Positions 35,341 through 48,819 of a DNA stretch of 64,000 bases are shown here, one piece after another. Under the pieces are notes generated by a model that saw only the letters and a program-made list of their open reading frames with translations, did not search any database and had not been told where the DNA came from. Made by a program: the position numbers and the translations under genes. Each line of letters opens with the position of its first letter. Position 1 is the first letter of the stretch. The stretch comes from Callorhinchus milii (taxonomy: Eukaryota), in NCBI RefSeq assembly GCF_018977255.1, contig NW_024704742.1, positions 58,902,001 through 58,966,000 on the forward strand, read 5' to 3'.

Positions 35341-36476
35341 GATTTTAATACTCTTTGGATTAGAAGGGAGAAAAATCAACCTGGGTTTGTGCTCCTGACT
35401 GCGATTCAGTGACTGTGTTCATCAGATGAGAATACCAACATACTCTGCTGTTTGATGAGCTCACATGTATTATAAATGGGCATTTGGACAAGTTATAAGC
35501 GGACTATGTCTCATGGTAAAGACAGCATCTCTGGCAAAACTGCACATCCCCAGCACCGTATTGAAGTCTCAGCCTAGGGTGCCATTCCCAATGTGGAATG
35601 TGAATATCAACAAGAATATCAGATATCAACAAGAACCAGTGAAACTGCAAACACAGGAGCTGCACAGGTTAGTCATTTAAACTAAATCTCTATCAATATA
35701 AACATTTGGCTTCTTGATATAAACGTGACTGAAGATTAGACAGAATAATTGCAAGGCTGTTTGGGTAATTCTGTGTTTACATGTTGATAATAATAACAAT
35801 AAAAACCCTTGCATTTGAAATCGGCCTTATCACATTGCCAAGACTTCTCAAAGCACTTGACAGCATTTATTATATGGTGTATTTGGAGTGAGTTTATGCA
35901 TCAATAATACTTTTGCATTTTATATAGTGCCTTTAACATTGGAATGTCAGCCTAGACTTTGTGAGTTCATTTATGTGTTAACTAAAGTTTGAAATTATTA
36001 ATTATTAAAAATGAATCCATAGTCATTTACAAAGAAACATTAGAATGGGGGGGGGGGGGGTGGGGGCTGGTAGGAGGGGGGAGAGGGGGATCTGACTCAA
36101 GTACTATTTTGGATCACAGTAGGTGTTTTAATCTAATTTCTCTCCATTCTCCATATATTCCTTAATATTCTCCGATCCATAATCCATCTATCCATCTCAA
36201 ATCTGTCTCTATGGCTTTGTGGGACAATTTATTCTCACAACCCACTGGGTCAACAAATTTAACAGAGATTTTCATCATGTGGGGTCATGTACAGTTTTAC
36301 CAGCCCTTGTTACAATAGGATATCCAGTTGTGCTGGCCCTGAAATGTTGGGAAGGAGCTTATAATGGACTTCAGGGTTGTTGGTTTTATCTGTGCATCTA
36401 GGAGACATAAGCTCAATTTTCAAACTTTTCAATTGGTATGAACAAGGTTAATAGGTGAGACTGATATCATATGCAC

Positions 36477-36835
36477 AATAATAATAACAATAATAATCCT
36501 TGCATTTGATATAGCACTTTATCACATCTTCCAGACATCTCAAAGCGCTTCACAGAATATACTGTAAAGTGAATTGGCTGTATATCTTGCAGGTGAAACG
36601 TGCACAGCAGCGTCCCACAAACAGTCATGCATTGAGTGACCAAATTCGTCTTTTTTTTAAGGGATTATTACCCCTGGACAAGCGATCCACCAATCGACTA
36701 ACAACTGGGTTCCTACTTACTGATAGGTAAACAAAGGTGTGTGAAGTAAGGAAGCTTGGCCAATGTTTCACCCTGCCGGGAATCGAACTCAAGTCTCTCA
36801 CTCGCGAGGCATGTCTCTCAACACTGAGCTACAGG
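36477..36835 (-). mobile_element. SINE family A, long form
   Basis: Tail to head match with the family consensus. Confidence 0.92.
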
Positions 36836-36842
36836 AAGTTTA

Positions 36843-37420
36843 TATTACCTTTGTCACCTCTCGGCTGGACTATTCAAATGCCCTCCTCACCGGCCTCCCC
36901 TCCACTACCATTCATAAAATCCAGGTCATCCAGAATTCTGTCGCCTGCTTTCTTACCCGCACCAAACTCCGCTCCCCGATTACCCTCAGTCCTTGTCCAG
37001 ACTGCACTGGCTCCCTGTTCCAGAGAGGATCGAATTCAGGATTCTCACTCTTGTTTTCAAATCCCTCCACTCCTCTGCACCCCCCCCCACCTCTCTGACC
37101 TCTCTCCTCAAAACAGTACCCGTTGCTTTCGCTCCACCAGGTCTGGCCTCCTCCTTGTCCCCCGAATCCTCCGCTCCACCATAGGCGGCCGTGCCTTCAG
37201 CCACTACGTCCCGAGGCTCTGGAACTCCCTTCCTCACCCCCATCACCTTGACTCCTCTCTTCCTACTTTCAGGTCTTGGCTAAAGACCTTTCTTTTCGAC
37301 CGCACCTTTGGTCACCTTCTTCCCCCTCCCCCTGGCTTGGCTTCAGGATCCGTTACTGTGAAGCACTCCGAGACGCCGTCCAGTGTGGAGGGTGCTATAT
37401 AAATCCAAGTTGTTGTTGTT
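36843..37420 (+). mobile_element. L2 LINE 3' fragment, longest ORF2 relic in the window
   Basis: FVTSRLDYSNALLTGLP / RLHWLPVPERIEFRILTLVFKSLH / GGRAFSHYVPRLWNSLP..FRSWLKTFLF spread over three frames; (GTT)n tail. Confidence 0.93.
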
Positions 37421-38979
37421 GTATATTGCAATCAGGAGCAATCGTTTTGCTTCACTTTTTTCCAATCAGTTTATTTTGGATAGATACTAGAGTATTGCTA
37501 ATGTGGTTTCTAAAGGGATTGTTGTGTAAGGAAATTGATTCCTTTGGGTAACTTTATGTAAAGTAATTAATGCACCGAGTACTCCACTCCAAGTGAATTA
37601 CATTGGAATAATGTTCCTGTGAGTCAACCTGACTTATTTCTGCTTTCCTTATTAAGAAATATTTTCAGCAATCACTGCATATTAGACCCCAATGCTTTTC
37701 CGAATTAATCTCAGTATCTTTAGTGTGTGCAAAGAAGTTTTGATAGATACCAGTTTCTAAAATTACTATTATAACTCTAAAAATAATTTCTACTTGACAT
37801 AAATAAATAAGGATATGACTTGTTGTCTGCTTTAAAGGTTATTGCTGCCTGATGATGATACTTATTAGAACCCTTGCGGATTTTAGCATTTATGTATTTA
37901 ATAATAATAATAATCCTTCCATTTATCAACAATAAAAACAATAACAATTTGCACTTATATAGCACCCGCCACACAGGGTAGTCCAAACACACACTAAATA
38001 ATTTTTTTATTTGATATCTGAAGCACACCAGCAGGAAACATGCTGAGTTTTCAGAGCAAACAGCCAGCTTTCATTTTGTTGCAGGAACTTCAGTCTCTTC
38101 CAGCCCCCTACCCCACCTCATCTCAAAAGGCTTCCAAGGTACACTAAACTTTCAAATCAATTGCTAATTGTCATTGGCATAACTCAGTGACCAGTGTTTA
38201 ATGGTTTTAATTAGGCGAGGGGGTGGTCTTAAACATTTGCCCTGATTCTGAAAGCTCTTTCATTCGTAGCAGGAACTGGAAAACCTCTTTCACAGATGAC
38301 ATCTGCTCCCATTGCGTTGTGTGATACACTGTGTAATGACCACATCAAAGAGAAAGTCTGTTGACATTTAAATGTCTGTGGACATAACACATTCACATCA
38401 CAAAAAATCGTTCTCCATCTGACACACGTAGATAAGGGTTAACTAATGAATTAGCCCTTTCGTCACAACTGTTCTGAAAATAAGTATTATTTTATACATT
38501 AAGAGTCCATTAACCTGAACCAATTGGCCAACTCAAGAATTTACTCAATCATTCAGCCAGACTGCCCCTGTCTTTGTATAGTTGGACTCTTTTTTTCATT
38601 CGGTTGATTAGAAAATCCTCACTAGGTCGTTCATTTAAATTGTTTTCTGTGTGCCTGGGTGGTGCATTACTAAAAGTAGAGCACAGCTTGATGCCTCCAA
38701 AGCCGTTTTAAGATTGGAAAAATTCTGCAGGACATAAAAGATAATCATAATTCCTGGACATAGATTGATTTATTAAAAGGTGTCCTGATGGAATGATCTA
38801 TCAAACAAGTGAGGGGTCCAATTAGTTTCCACAGTGACATTTGTGCAATGAGCATATAGCACAACAGAAAGCTTCAATGTTTGAAAACTACATCAAACTA
38901 TACATGACTGGTAAACTTGATATAAAATATTAGTCAATAAGTTCCACAGTAAATAATAATAATTATAAATAAATGTTAC

Positions 38980-39730
38980 TAATAATCATGCTTGCATTTG
39001 ATATGGGTCCTGTCATTTCAGGACGATGTTTCTAAGAACTTCACAGGATTTACTATGAAGTGTAAGCAAATGTGGCAGCACGTTTGCACATAGCAAGCTT
39101 CAACAAATGTCATGACCAATTTTATTTGGGGGATTCTTAGCCAGGACTATAGGCGACAGATGGCTAGAGCTAGATGGGGCTCAGCCCATCAAGTCTATCT
39201 ACAGTTCGTCTCTTTAAGGGGAGGTAAGCTGTAGATAGATGGCTGCTTCACCCTCCTCCTCTGTGGCAAGCTTCAGAATGGGCAACCCACCCCCCCGAGC
39301 TCCTTTCCACATAAACTGATGGACTTTAGTCTCCGAGGTCCAGTGAGGAGGGCAGGTGGACCATCTTGAAGCTAGCACTGAGCATGAGGGGTGAGGAGGG
39401 GGGAGGCGACAAACTTTGATACTGGCAAGGAGGCTACACCTGACTTGAAGGGAACTGACCACTCAACTCGCCTCAAAAAATATTTTCACCTGCCACCTCT
39501 GGCCAGGACACGGGGAGAAACTTTCTTCTCTTTTGGAAAAATGCTCTGGGATCTTTAATGTTCATTTGAACAGGAAAAAGAGAACTTGGTTTAAAGTCTC
39601 ACCGGAAGGATGGTATCTCTGACAATGTAGTGCACATCCATCATTACACTGGAGTGCAAGTCTAGACAATGTAAGTTCAAAGTCCAACTTTCTGGCTCAG
39701 AGGCGAGAGTGCAAACAACTAAGCCAGGCT
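38980..39730 (-). mobile_element. SINE family B, full length, interrupted by a 354-bp insertion
   Basis: Collinear with the family B consensus except for 39148-39501. Confidence 0.85.
39148..39501. mobile_element. non-autonomous hAT-like DNA transposon
   Basis: 8-bp duplication GCCAGGAC at 39140-39147 and 39502-39509. Ends TATAGGCGACAGATG and CACCTGCCACCTCTG are imperfect inverted repeats (10/15). Confidence 0.7.
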
Positions 39731-40759
39731 AAGGGAGGAAAGGGAAACTAATGTTTGCAAAAAGACTGGTAAGTAACTACCTTTACGTTGGTTATTTAGA
39801 AGATTTATTAAAGGATTTTCACATATAAAATACTGCATGTAGCTGGATATATCTCCTAATGATCTGCTGGAGTTTCACTTGGATGCTGATCTCTTGATGG
39901 GATCTAGAATCTTTCTTCAGCTTTGATGCAATTTCACAGAAATCATCTTTTGGGCTTGGTGTTTGAGCAAAGTTCTATTGCGTAGATGAGAGACACATCT
40001 ATGTGTGTGCCAGGATCCAACTTTTGTTAACCTTGTATATCAATTCTATATAAGATCTGATTTTTAGTTATTGAACTTTTAACGGATAAAAATTGTGAAA
40101 AAAATATTAGTGAAAAGGGGAGTATCATAAGATCGCAAAATGTGAGAACATGCGGGGATGATAGGCTTGCAAAAGAGGCCACAGGCTGTGGGTAACCCCT
40201 CTGACCATTTTTAACCATCTGGATTAGCCTTGGTGGGGAATTAATAAGGGCAAAGATCTATCTTTCACTGGACACTGTTTGTGTACCTCAACCATTCATA
40301 GGTACTAGCATGAATGTGGACTTGATTCCAATATGATTCAGTCAGTCATAACCACATTGTCTATTGAAGCTAAAAGATTTGACTGCAATATCTTGCTACT
40401 GACAGCTCTTGAAGCTGTTGTCCTATTGCCATTTATTCATTCAAGACTTTCTGGACATATCTGCTTTTCCCACTGGACTTCATTCCATCATTTTTGAGGA
40501 TACTGATCTTTAGCTTTGTGACACATCTGGCCACCCATTGCAATCTTCCAACTGTGTCAGGTTCTGTTACTGAACACAGCCAACTCCTGCCTCTAGCCTA
40601 TCTTGTTGAGAGACAACTCGGCAGACGAGTTGATAACAATACAATGTGGAGTATTCCATTTAATGTACAGGTTGCTTGACAGCCTATCCCAGAAGGAAAT
40701 TATCTCTAGCAATCTGAAATTCTGCAAAGATTGTTTTTCCCCCAGAACTGGTTAAGAAC

Positions 40760-41150
40760 TTTCTCCAATTGGTCAATGGATAAATGTATTGCTTGATTGG
40801 TATAGATCCATACAAACCGGCAAGTGTCTACTTTTGATCGCTGGCCTGCACTGAGCTGGCTCATCTCAGCCTGCTTGGCAAAAATGGGCACTGCAATCTG
40901 CTTCAGTTACCCTGGGCAAGAGAGGGGAATAATCAGGGTTTGTGATCTTGCTGTAAAGTATATCATATGTGGATGACAGCAAATGACAAGCTGACTTGTT
41001 AATGTCTCTTTCGTAAATAATTTGCCTCTACTCACTGTCCAGGTTGACAAATGAAAAATGTCACATAGGAAAGGTACTGGAGTACCCTCAGCACCTGAGG
41101 AACTATCCCAGCATGAGTCGCTGCCTTGAAGAATGGAAGGAAGAGAATTG
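40760..41150 (+). mobile_element. LF-SINE-like element, near full length
   Basis: CTGAGCTGGCTCATCTCAGCC, GAGAGGGGAATAATCAGGGTT, ACTCACTGTCCAGG, CCCAGCATGAGTC..GAGAATTG in the expected order. Confidence 0.78.
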
Positions 41151-41552
41151 TGAAGGTTTCCAGCTATCTTACACCAGCATCAATGATAGAAATGATCAAG
41201 CATTGACAAGCAAAGGTATTGCAGACTGCCAGTCATGATTTATTTGTTCATTTCCAAGAATGGGTTGATTGACAACTTATCAACACTTTGTAGCTCTTTA
41301 CACTGGCTTCAGCATCTTCGTCTAAGATAGGTGAAAGTAGCTTCCAGCTAACATTTTATTTTAATTGCATCGGATTGTTCCTTCTGCATCTCAGACAACA
41401 ATCTTACTTGTAGGACCTTGGGAGCTATCACGTGTAATTCCCGTAATACGAAATCCATTCCAGCAAGCAATTTTAAGTTGTGGCTTCTGGCTATTACCAC
41501 AGGCATTTTGAGGCAAAATTTTCAATGCTTGATAATGAAGTATTATTAAATG

Positions 41553-41673
41553 ATATGGGGAGACAGCAGGAATGTGAGATTAGGATAGGCGATTCATATG
41601 GAGAAAAAGCACCAGGTTAGACTCAATGGGCTGAATGACCTGTTATTTATGCTGTAACATTCAACAATTCTAT
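41553..41673 (+). mobile_element. CR1 3' UTR fragment
   Basis: AGCACCAGGTTAGACTCAATGGGCTGAATGACCTG..TGCTGTAACATTC..ATTCTAT. Confidence 0.7.
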
Positions 41674-42116
41674 TAGCATAGAATTGGTTTTGTTTGGTTG
41701 CAGTCATTTGCAAATTGTTCATAAAATGATTTGATACTGTAAACTAGTTCTACTATAACAAAATACTTTAGAATGAAACAGTTCTTTAGCCCTTTTGATT
41801 TCATTTTTTCTGTGTACTAACTGTACCATCACCCCATTATGGTATTTAGTTGTTTCTTTACAGTATATGAACCATTATTCTATGGAGTAAAAGCTTACAT
41901 TGGATTCATTGATAAAATGCTTGATGCTGTAATGGGAAGATGATAGGGCAAGAAGAGTATTATGAAAGGATACAATCACATAGGCCTTAAGAGCTCTTCT
42001 TGCCTCTTTGAATCAATTTAAAAAAGTCTAGTTCCTTATTATGCATTAAAAGTTAGATATTGCTTAGAGCTGTCCTCCAATATCTTACTGGGAAATATCT
42101 AATTTAATTAACATTT

Positions 42117-42408
42117 GCCAACCTGGCTCAGTTGGCAGCACTTTACCTCTGAGTAAAACGTTGTGGGTTTAAACTAATGACACTATTTGAAAAGAGAACG
42201 GAGCTTCTTCTGGCCAATAATCCTCCATATAATATTGGTCATTTGCTCTCATCATTGTTTGAAGTACATTGCTGGGTGAAATTGTCTACTGTGTTCACCT
42301 ACATGACACAGTCACTAGACATTACAGTAACTAAATCATGTGAAATGCTTTGAGACATTTTAAGGACATGAGAACACATTTTAGCAAATGTAAGGATTAT
42401 TATTATTG
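42117..42408 (+). mobile_element. SINE family B with internal deletion
   Basis: CCTGGCTCAGTTGG head, short middle, (ATT)n tail. Confidence 0.75.
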
Positions 42409-43844
42409 TTTTCCCTTTTTCATTTTATACTTATCACCATCCTGAAAGAATCAATTAGAATACGTACAAGTACACTGGATGCTACACAAAATCTATATTC
42501 TACTGTAAATATAATTCCATTATATTTTCTGATTTGCATTACTGTTCCTGTACGGCATAATTTAGCATTTAGGGGAATGGGACCTGGCTTGTAGAATGTA
42601 TTTTTTCCTTTCCATTTTGCATCTCAAATCAATCACTTTCATTTTGGAACACAGTTTGATAATTCTTCTGCAGCTCCCGAATAATATGAAACACAACATT
42701 CATTCTGAGCAGATCTCAATTGCACAATTACAGTCCAATACAATTTTCATGTATATAACACCTTTCATGTCCAGAAGAATGTCTCAGCATGCTTAACACA
42801 GCTGGCTGAGCACCCGAACTTGGGTGAGGGAGGGTGAAGATGACCAACGGTCATCATAGAATCGAAACTAACACTTCAGTGCATTGTCGGAGGCATCAAC
42901 CTTTGAATGAGCCCTTTCCTCCCTGCTGGGTGTTTTCTCCCGTATCGCTTATAAGCGTTTTGAGAATTGAACTCATATAAGTGCAAATTGTTGTCGTCAT
43001 TGTCGTGTCCTACTTATTCAGTTTAAAAATAGATCGGTCCAACTACTGCTTGAAACAATGTTAATTCTTTTAAGTGCTGAATATTGCTCTCAACAGATTT
43101 TTTTCCCAAACTATCTGTTTCAGACACAACATTCCGGCTAATTCCCAATAGTGTCATCTGAAAAATCCTGAATTAGACGCGTTGGATGAAATTTTTATGT
43201 GAGCTAATTGTGAATCAATTCTCCTCACCAAATTGATTAAAATATAGGAACTTTATAGCATTTGGAAATACTATATAATAAATTTCTACTTGGCATTTGG
43301 AAAGTTTTGAATTCTTGGTCAGCTGTTTTTTTCCAATGAGTGAACATGTCTGCCAGTGTGTTGTGTATTCACCTGTGATTGACCACTGTCAGAATTACTG
43401 CCACTATTCTGCTTTCTTCTGCACTCTTGCTTTCAAATATTGCTCCAGGCAATAAACAGGTTTCAAAGCTCTTTGGGAAATCAGTTCACCTAATCCCTCT
43501 GATTTTTTCTTTCAAAGATCAACTTCACCCTGGTCACAATTCTTTACCATTTTTCCTGCTAATGAAATTTGTGCTTGCTTTTGTTTGGGGACCAGTCCTT
43601 GTCATTACGATTTCTCAAGAGATCTGTTCCATAACCCTCTCACACACACTTCACTGAAAAAATGCTCTCAATGTGGGAGTGGAATTGACTCTCTTGTGGC
43701 TTTTTCAATAAAAGAAAACTCTATTCGTGCATAACTGTCTTTATTCCATTTCTGAATATAAAGCTGCACAAGCTGCTGGTTGGTTGTGAGCTCTTGCTCC
43801 CAAGTTGCTGACCTAGCCAACTTCCACCGAACCTACGAGGGCAG

Positions 43845-44125
43845 ATAATAATAATCCTTTGCATTGCATATAGAGCCTTTCACATCAGGACATCTCAAAG
43901 AACTCCACAGGATTTATTGTAAAATGTAATAGTTGTATATTCTGAAGATAATGCAGAAAGACAATTTGTGCACAGCAATGTCCCACATACAGTCCAGAAG
44001 TGAATGACCAACTTGATCTGAGGGTCAAGACAATGAGAGATGAGAGAAACTTCTTTCTCTTCACAAATAGCGTCTTGGGATCTTTAACGTCCAACTGAAC
44101 AGGCAGAGGACTTTGGTTTAACATC
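43845..44125 (-). mobile_element. SINE family B 3' half
   Basis: Tail plus GGGATCTTTAACGTCCA block in antisense. Confidence 0.8.
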
Positions 44126-45019
44126 ATGGAATGCCAGACTGTGAAATCAAAGTCCTGGCATGGGACAAACCGCTGAGAGTTTACACAACTTGCATGGCAC
44201 ATGTATTTACACAACTCGCAAAATAGACCCCGCTAACCCCCAACATGCTCGATTCTGTTAATGCATAAAAGTATCCCGAGTAAAAAAAAACTGTAAGAAA
44301 AAAAGTTACCGCATTTATTGCAATCCAACAATCATTCTCATATTTAGGTCTTATCAGCTTTTGTTCCATTCAGTCTCATTCACTTGGCTATACAACCTGA
44401 TGCTGTCCATCCCAACCCTTTTCCCACTGACACAATTCACTAGTTCCTTTGTCATTTTTTNCGTATTTTTACATCTAAAACTACTCAATTCTACAAAGGC
44501 TAATTATAAGTGTTCGTTTCAGCTTAATTCAATTTGCATTGGCTCCATAGTTCTGATCAGACTTAAATTAAACTCTACCAGCGACTACCAGTGAGCAACA
44601 GGGAGATGTCAATCATCTGTCAGCATCAACAAAGCTTTGAAGAAAAGTGATTTAAATGTTGTCGGGTTTCTGGACGCTTTGAATTAGCTTTTTGTTTAAA
44701 TGCATGTTACATCAGCATTTTTACTGCAGCAAACTTCAGCACAATACGGAATCCCCATTGGTTGGCAAGGAACATTGCTTCATCTTATCTGACTGCCGCT
44801 TGTTATTTTCATCTTTCATTACTTTTCTTTATCAGCGAGCTACACCGCAAGGTGAAAGTAATAAAAATTGCATTTTCTCACAATAGAACTTATTTTTGTT
44901 ATGAATAATATTATTATTTATTTGCAAAATAACAAAGCAAATGAAATCAAGAAAGAGTAAATAATATAAAGCAGCTGTCAGTGTTCCAGCATCCTTAGAC
45001 ACAACCTTGTGATCAAGCC

Positions 45020-45337
45020 TAATAATAATAATAATCCTTGCATTTGATATAACGCTTTTCACGTCGGGAGGACGTCCCAAAGCGCTTCACAGAACACACT
45101 GTAAAGTGAATTGACTGTATATTTGTGGGTGAACGCGGCAGCCAATTGCGCACAGCAATGTCCCACAAACAGTCGTAGATTGAAAATGACCAATTTATTA
45201 TTGTTTTTGGTTTTGGAGGGATTATTATTAGGAATGTGGAGTAAGGAAACTTGCCCAAGGTTTCGCTCTGCCTGGAATTGAACTCAGGTCTCTCGCTTGC
45301 AAAGCGAGTGCTCCAACCACTGAGCTACAGGACTCCC
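45020..45337 (-). mobile_element. SINE family A, short young form
   Basis: Full length; flanks TCAAGCCTA (45013-45021) and TCTAGCCTA (45341-45349) look like a target duplication. Confidence 0.95.
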
Positions 45338-46643
45338 ACGTCTAGCCTAGTCCAAATACTTCAATTATAAAATAATAATGATAATAATCCTAGAATTTAA
45401 TATCATGTTTTTCATGTCAGGAGAATACTGCAAAAAATATAGTGACTATGTATTTTGTATGTGAATACAGCAGCCAATTGGTGCACTACTGTGTCCCCAC
45501 AACAGCCATGAAGTGAATGATGAATTTTACGTGGGGAGTGGCTGGCCAGGACACTGTGAGAAACTCCCTTCTCTTTTCGAATCTTTTCGAATTTATTGTC
45601 TCATCCGAAGGAAGGCACCTTTGACAATGAAGTACATTCCCAGCCCTGCATTCAAATGTCAGGCTGGACCATGAGTTCAAAGTAATCTCTTTATATTTAT
45701 ATTTACATAGTGCCTTTCATGGGACAGGATGATGTTTCAAAGCACTTCATTCAACTTTTCCATTTGCTTTCGTCATTGCACCCTAAAGTATTGTTCTAGG
45801 TCTTTACTTTCAATCCCATTTAATATTTTTGGTATACCTAACCATTTCAGTTTGTCTCAGTGTATTCTCTGTTGCTTCTGACCTTTAGCTTACTTTGCTC
45901 TTGCTGCCCTTTACATTGCTACCGACATAGGTATCACCTTGGTTTATTTGATAGAACTCTGGGTTCAGAAGGTTTAACACCCATGTTAGGATTTCAGCTC
46001 ATACTCTTATGCTAACATTCCTGTTCAGAGGAATTGTTGTATTGTTGTTGATGCTGTCCTTCAGGTGAGGTTTTACGATGAAGTCCCATCCACCTGTTCT
46101 TCAGGTTGATGTCAGAGATCCCATGACAATATTCAACATGCACTGCTCAAACAATGCACTGCTAAATTTTGGGGGGAGCTTTATTGCATCAAAATAAAAG
46201 CTGTTATCTCAATTCATTGTGTCGTCCAATGCCCTGGTCAATAATCCTTAGATTAATTGATAATTCACCTCATGGCTATATGTGGTATTTTGTTTTGAAG
46301 TTTTTTGTGACAGTTTGCTTAGAAATCCAGTTGCTGACTTTTCCTTGATTATATGAAGAACCAAATGAAAGGGAGAATAGAACGGTGTTATCTCAATACA
46401 CTATTGGTGGATTAAAAGCTAAAATAGAAACTTTTAAAATTAACTTTTTAAGGCTTCAAGTTTAAAGCTAAAATTAAAGTTTAAATTTTAAGTATCATTT
46501 AATAATATCAATAATAATCCTTGATATAATGCCTTTCGCGTTAGAAGAGCTTTGTAGATTTAGTGACTGTATGTTTTGCAGGTGAACGTTATGATCATTT
46601 GGGGATAACATTCAAATTACAAATTTCTGAGCCCTCCCTGATA

Positions 46644-46963
46644 TAATGATAATAATAATCTTTGCATTTGATATAACACATTTCATGTTTTCTAGACGTC
46701 TCAAAGCGCTTCACAGAATATACCATAAAGTGAATTGACTCTATAGTCAATTGTGGGCAAAGCACGGCAGCCAATTGCGCACAGCAGTGTTCCACAAACA
46801 GTCATTTATTGAAGTGACAAATTTTAATATTGTTTTTTTTTCTTGAGGAATTATTATCAGGTGTGGATTAAGGAAACGTACTCAAGATTTTGCCCTGCCG
46901 GGAATCAAACCCAGGTCGCTCGCTTGCAAGACGAAAGGTCTAACCACTGAGCTACAGAACTCA
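46644..46963 (-). mobile_element. SINE family A, intermediate form
   Basis: Lacks the second half of the CORE-like segment but keeps the long-form 3' loop (AGACGTCT...). Confidence 0.85.
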
Positions 46964-47559
46964 ATATATTTCAATTAGAAAAATCAACATTCCCCTCCAA
47001 GTTGAACTTGTAAGTCCAATATTTGTGAATGTGGGAAGGTTTGTTTTTTATGCTAAAAAGGAGACCAGATAAACTGAGTGTGGTAATTTATTCTGTTTTG
47101 CATATGAAAATGTGGTAAATTTGTAAACACACTTCTTCAATCACTGAAAACTTTTAATTTTGCCTTTTGTGAATTGCATGGTGTACACTCATTATACTAA
47201 AAGGGGAGTATGTAAATTAACAGTATTAGGCCTAATTGACATATGCAAATTGCTCATTAGAAATCCGCTTCCCTTAACTCACAAATCATGTCTGGTCTGT
47301 AGAAAACTTTCAAATTGTATTTGTTCTGCTTGAAGGTGCTTTGAAGGAATATGAACAAACGAACATGATAAGAAAGTATACTAATTAAACTTCATTTACA
47401 CTTGTAGATTGGGCTGATCACAAATTGACATAACTACGGAACTCAAATATGGTAAATGGTATTCACAGACAAAGCAAAGCACAATGGCACTTCTAGTTTT
47501 TAAAACGAGCTGACCCTGTCTCCCACACTTCTTCAGCAATGGATGGTAGAGTAAGATAG

Positions 47560-47940
47560 TAATAATAATAATCCTTCCATTTGATATAGCGCCATATCAT
47601 GTATTTTTGAGACGTCCCAAAGCGCTTCAAAGAATATACTGTAAAGTGAATTGACTGTATATTTTGTGGGGGAAACACAGCAGCCAACTAAGCAAAGCAG
47701 TGTTCCACAAATAGTCGTGGATTGAAGTGATCAATTTATTATTATTATTTTTTTAAGGAATTATTACCCCCGGAAACGTGGTTTGCCAATTGACTAACAA
47801 CCGAGTTCCTACTTACTGTTAGGTAAACAGAGATGTGTAGAGTAAGGAAACTTGCCCAACATTTCGCTCTGCCCAGGAACTGAACCCAAGTCTTTCGCCT
47901 GTGAGATGAGTGCTCTAACAACTGAGGTATAGAACTCCAC
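47560..47940 (-). mobile_element. SINE family A, long form
   Basis: Full length, ends ACTCCAC at 47940. Confidence 0.92.
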
Positions 47941-48819
47941 AAGACAGTGCTAAATGTCCCCAAAAAATAACTAGGGAACTTCCCCTCAAGTAAAATGGTC
48001 AAGCTTTTTTAGATTTAGCGATGAAAATTGTTAAGGAATCTGCAAAGAGGGAAAATTGTTGGGTAAACAAGATGGACCAATTCTCTGCTCCTGCCTAAAA
48101 TTGCTGGTATGTCCTCTCAGTTTATTCTCTATCACAGCAGCTCTGTATAATCCCTATGGTCAAAGCATCCTGGAGTCACAGATGTAAATAATTTGGGTAA
48201 GAAAACCTATTTCCTCAAGGATTTTTTGGCAAATCATTCAGTTAAAGATTCACTGTTCCTGTTCAAAGCCTCGCTTGCTCCTCACAAGACTAGTTTCTTT
48301 CAAAGAGAATTGACATCAGGAAGATGTTAGTGGTGACCTTGCTTACCCAGCACCTCCTGACGTGAAAAGCACTATATAAATGCAATTGCTGTTGTTGTTA
48401 CCCAAGCAAGCCGCTCTGATCAGAAGAATAGTCAATGATGACAAAATGTTCACAGAGAAGGACTTCTTGATAAAATAATAATCACATTTGATATAGCACC
48501 TTTCATATCAGGAAACCATTTCAAAGTGCTTTACAGGATTTTCCTATAAAGTTTACTGTACATTTTGAAAGTGAACGCGACAGACAATTTTCTTACAGCA
48601 TTGTTCCACAAACATCCTAAAGTGAATGACCAATTTTAAGCTGGAGGATTGTTGACGCGAACATCGAGAGCAATTCCTGACTCATTTCGAACAGTGCCAT
48701 CTTTAATGTTCACCTGAACAGGCAGAAGAGACATCTGAAGTCGGGCACCTAAGCCAATGCAAAGGTCCCACAACATTGAATGTGAAGTGTCAACCTAGAC
48801 TGTGAGATCAAAAATTTGG

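Noticed and set aside
36737..37402. 221-aa ORF as an intact gene
   Set aside because: It starts in an antisense SINE and crosses a frameshifted L2 ORF2 relic whose motifs lie in three frames.
30538..44461. Single N bases at 30538, 31916 and 44461
   Set aside because: Ambiguous calls at homopolymer ends; assembly artefacts.
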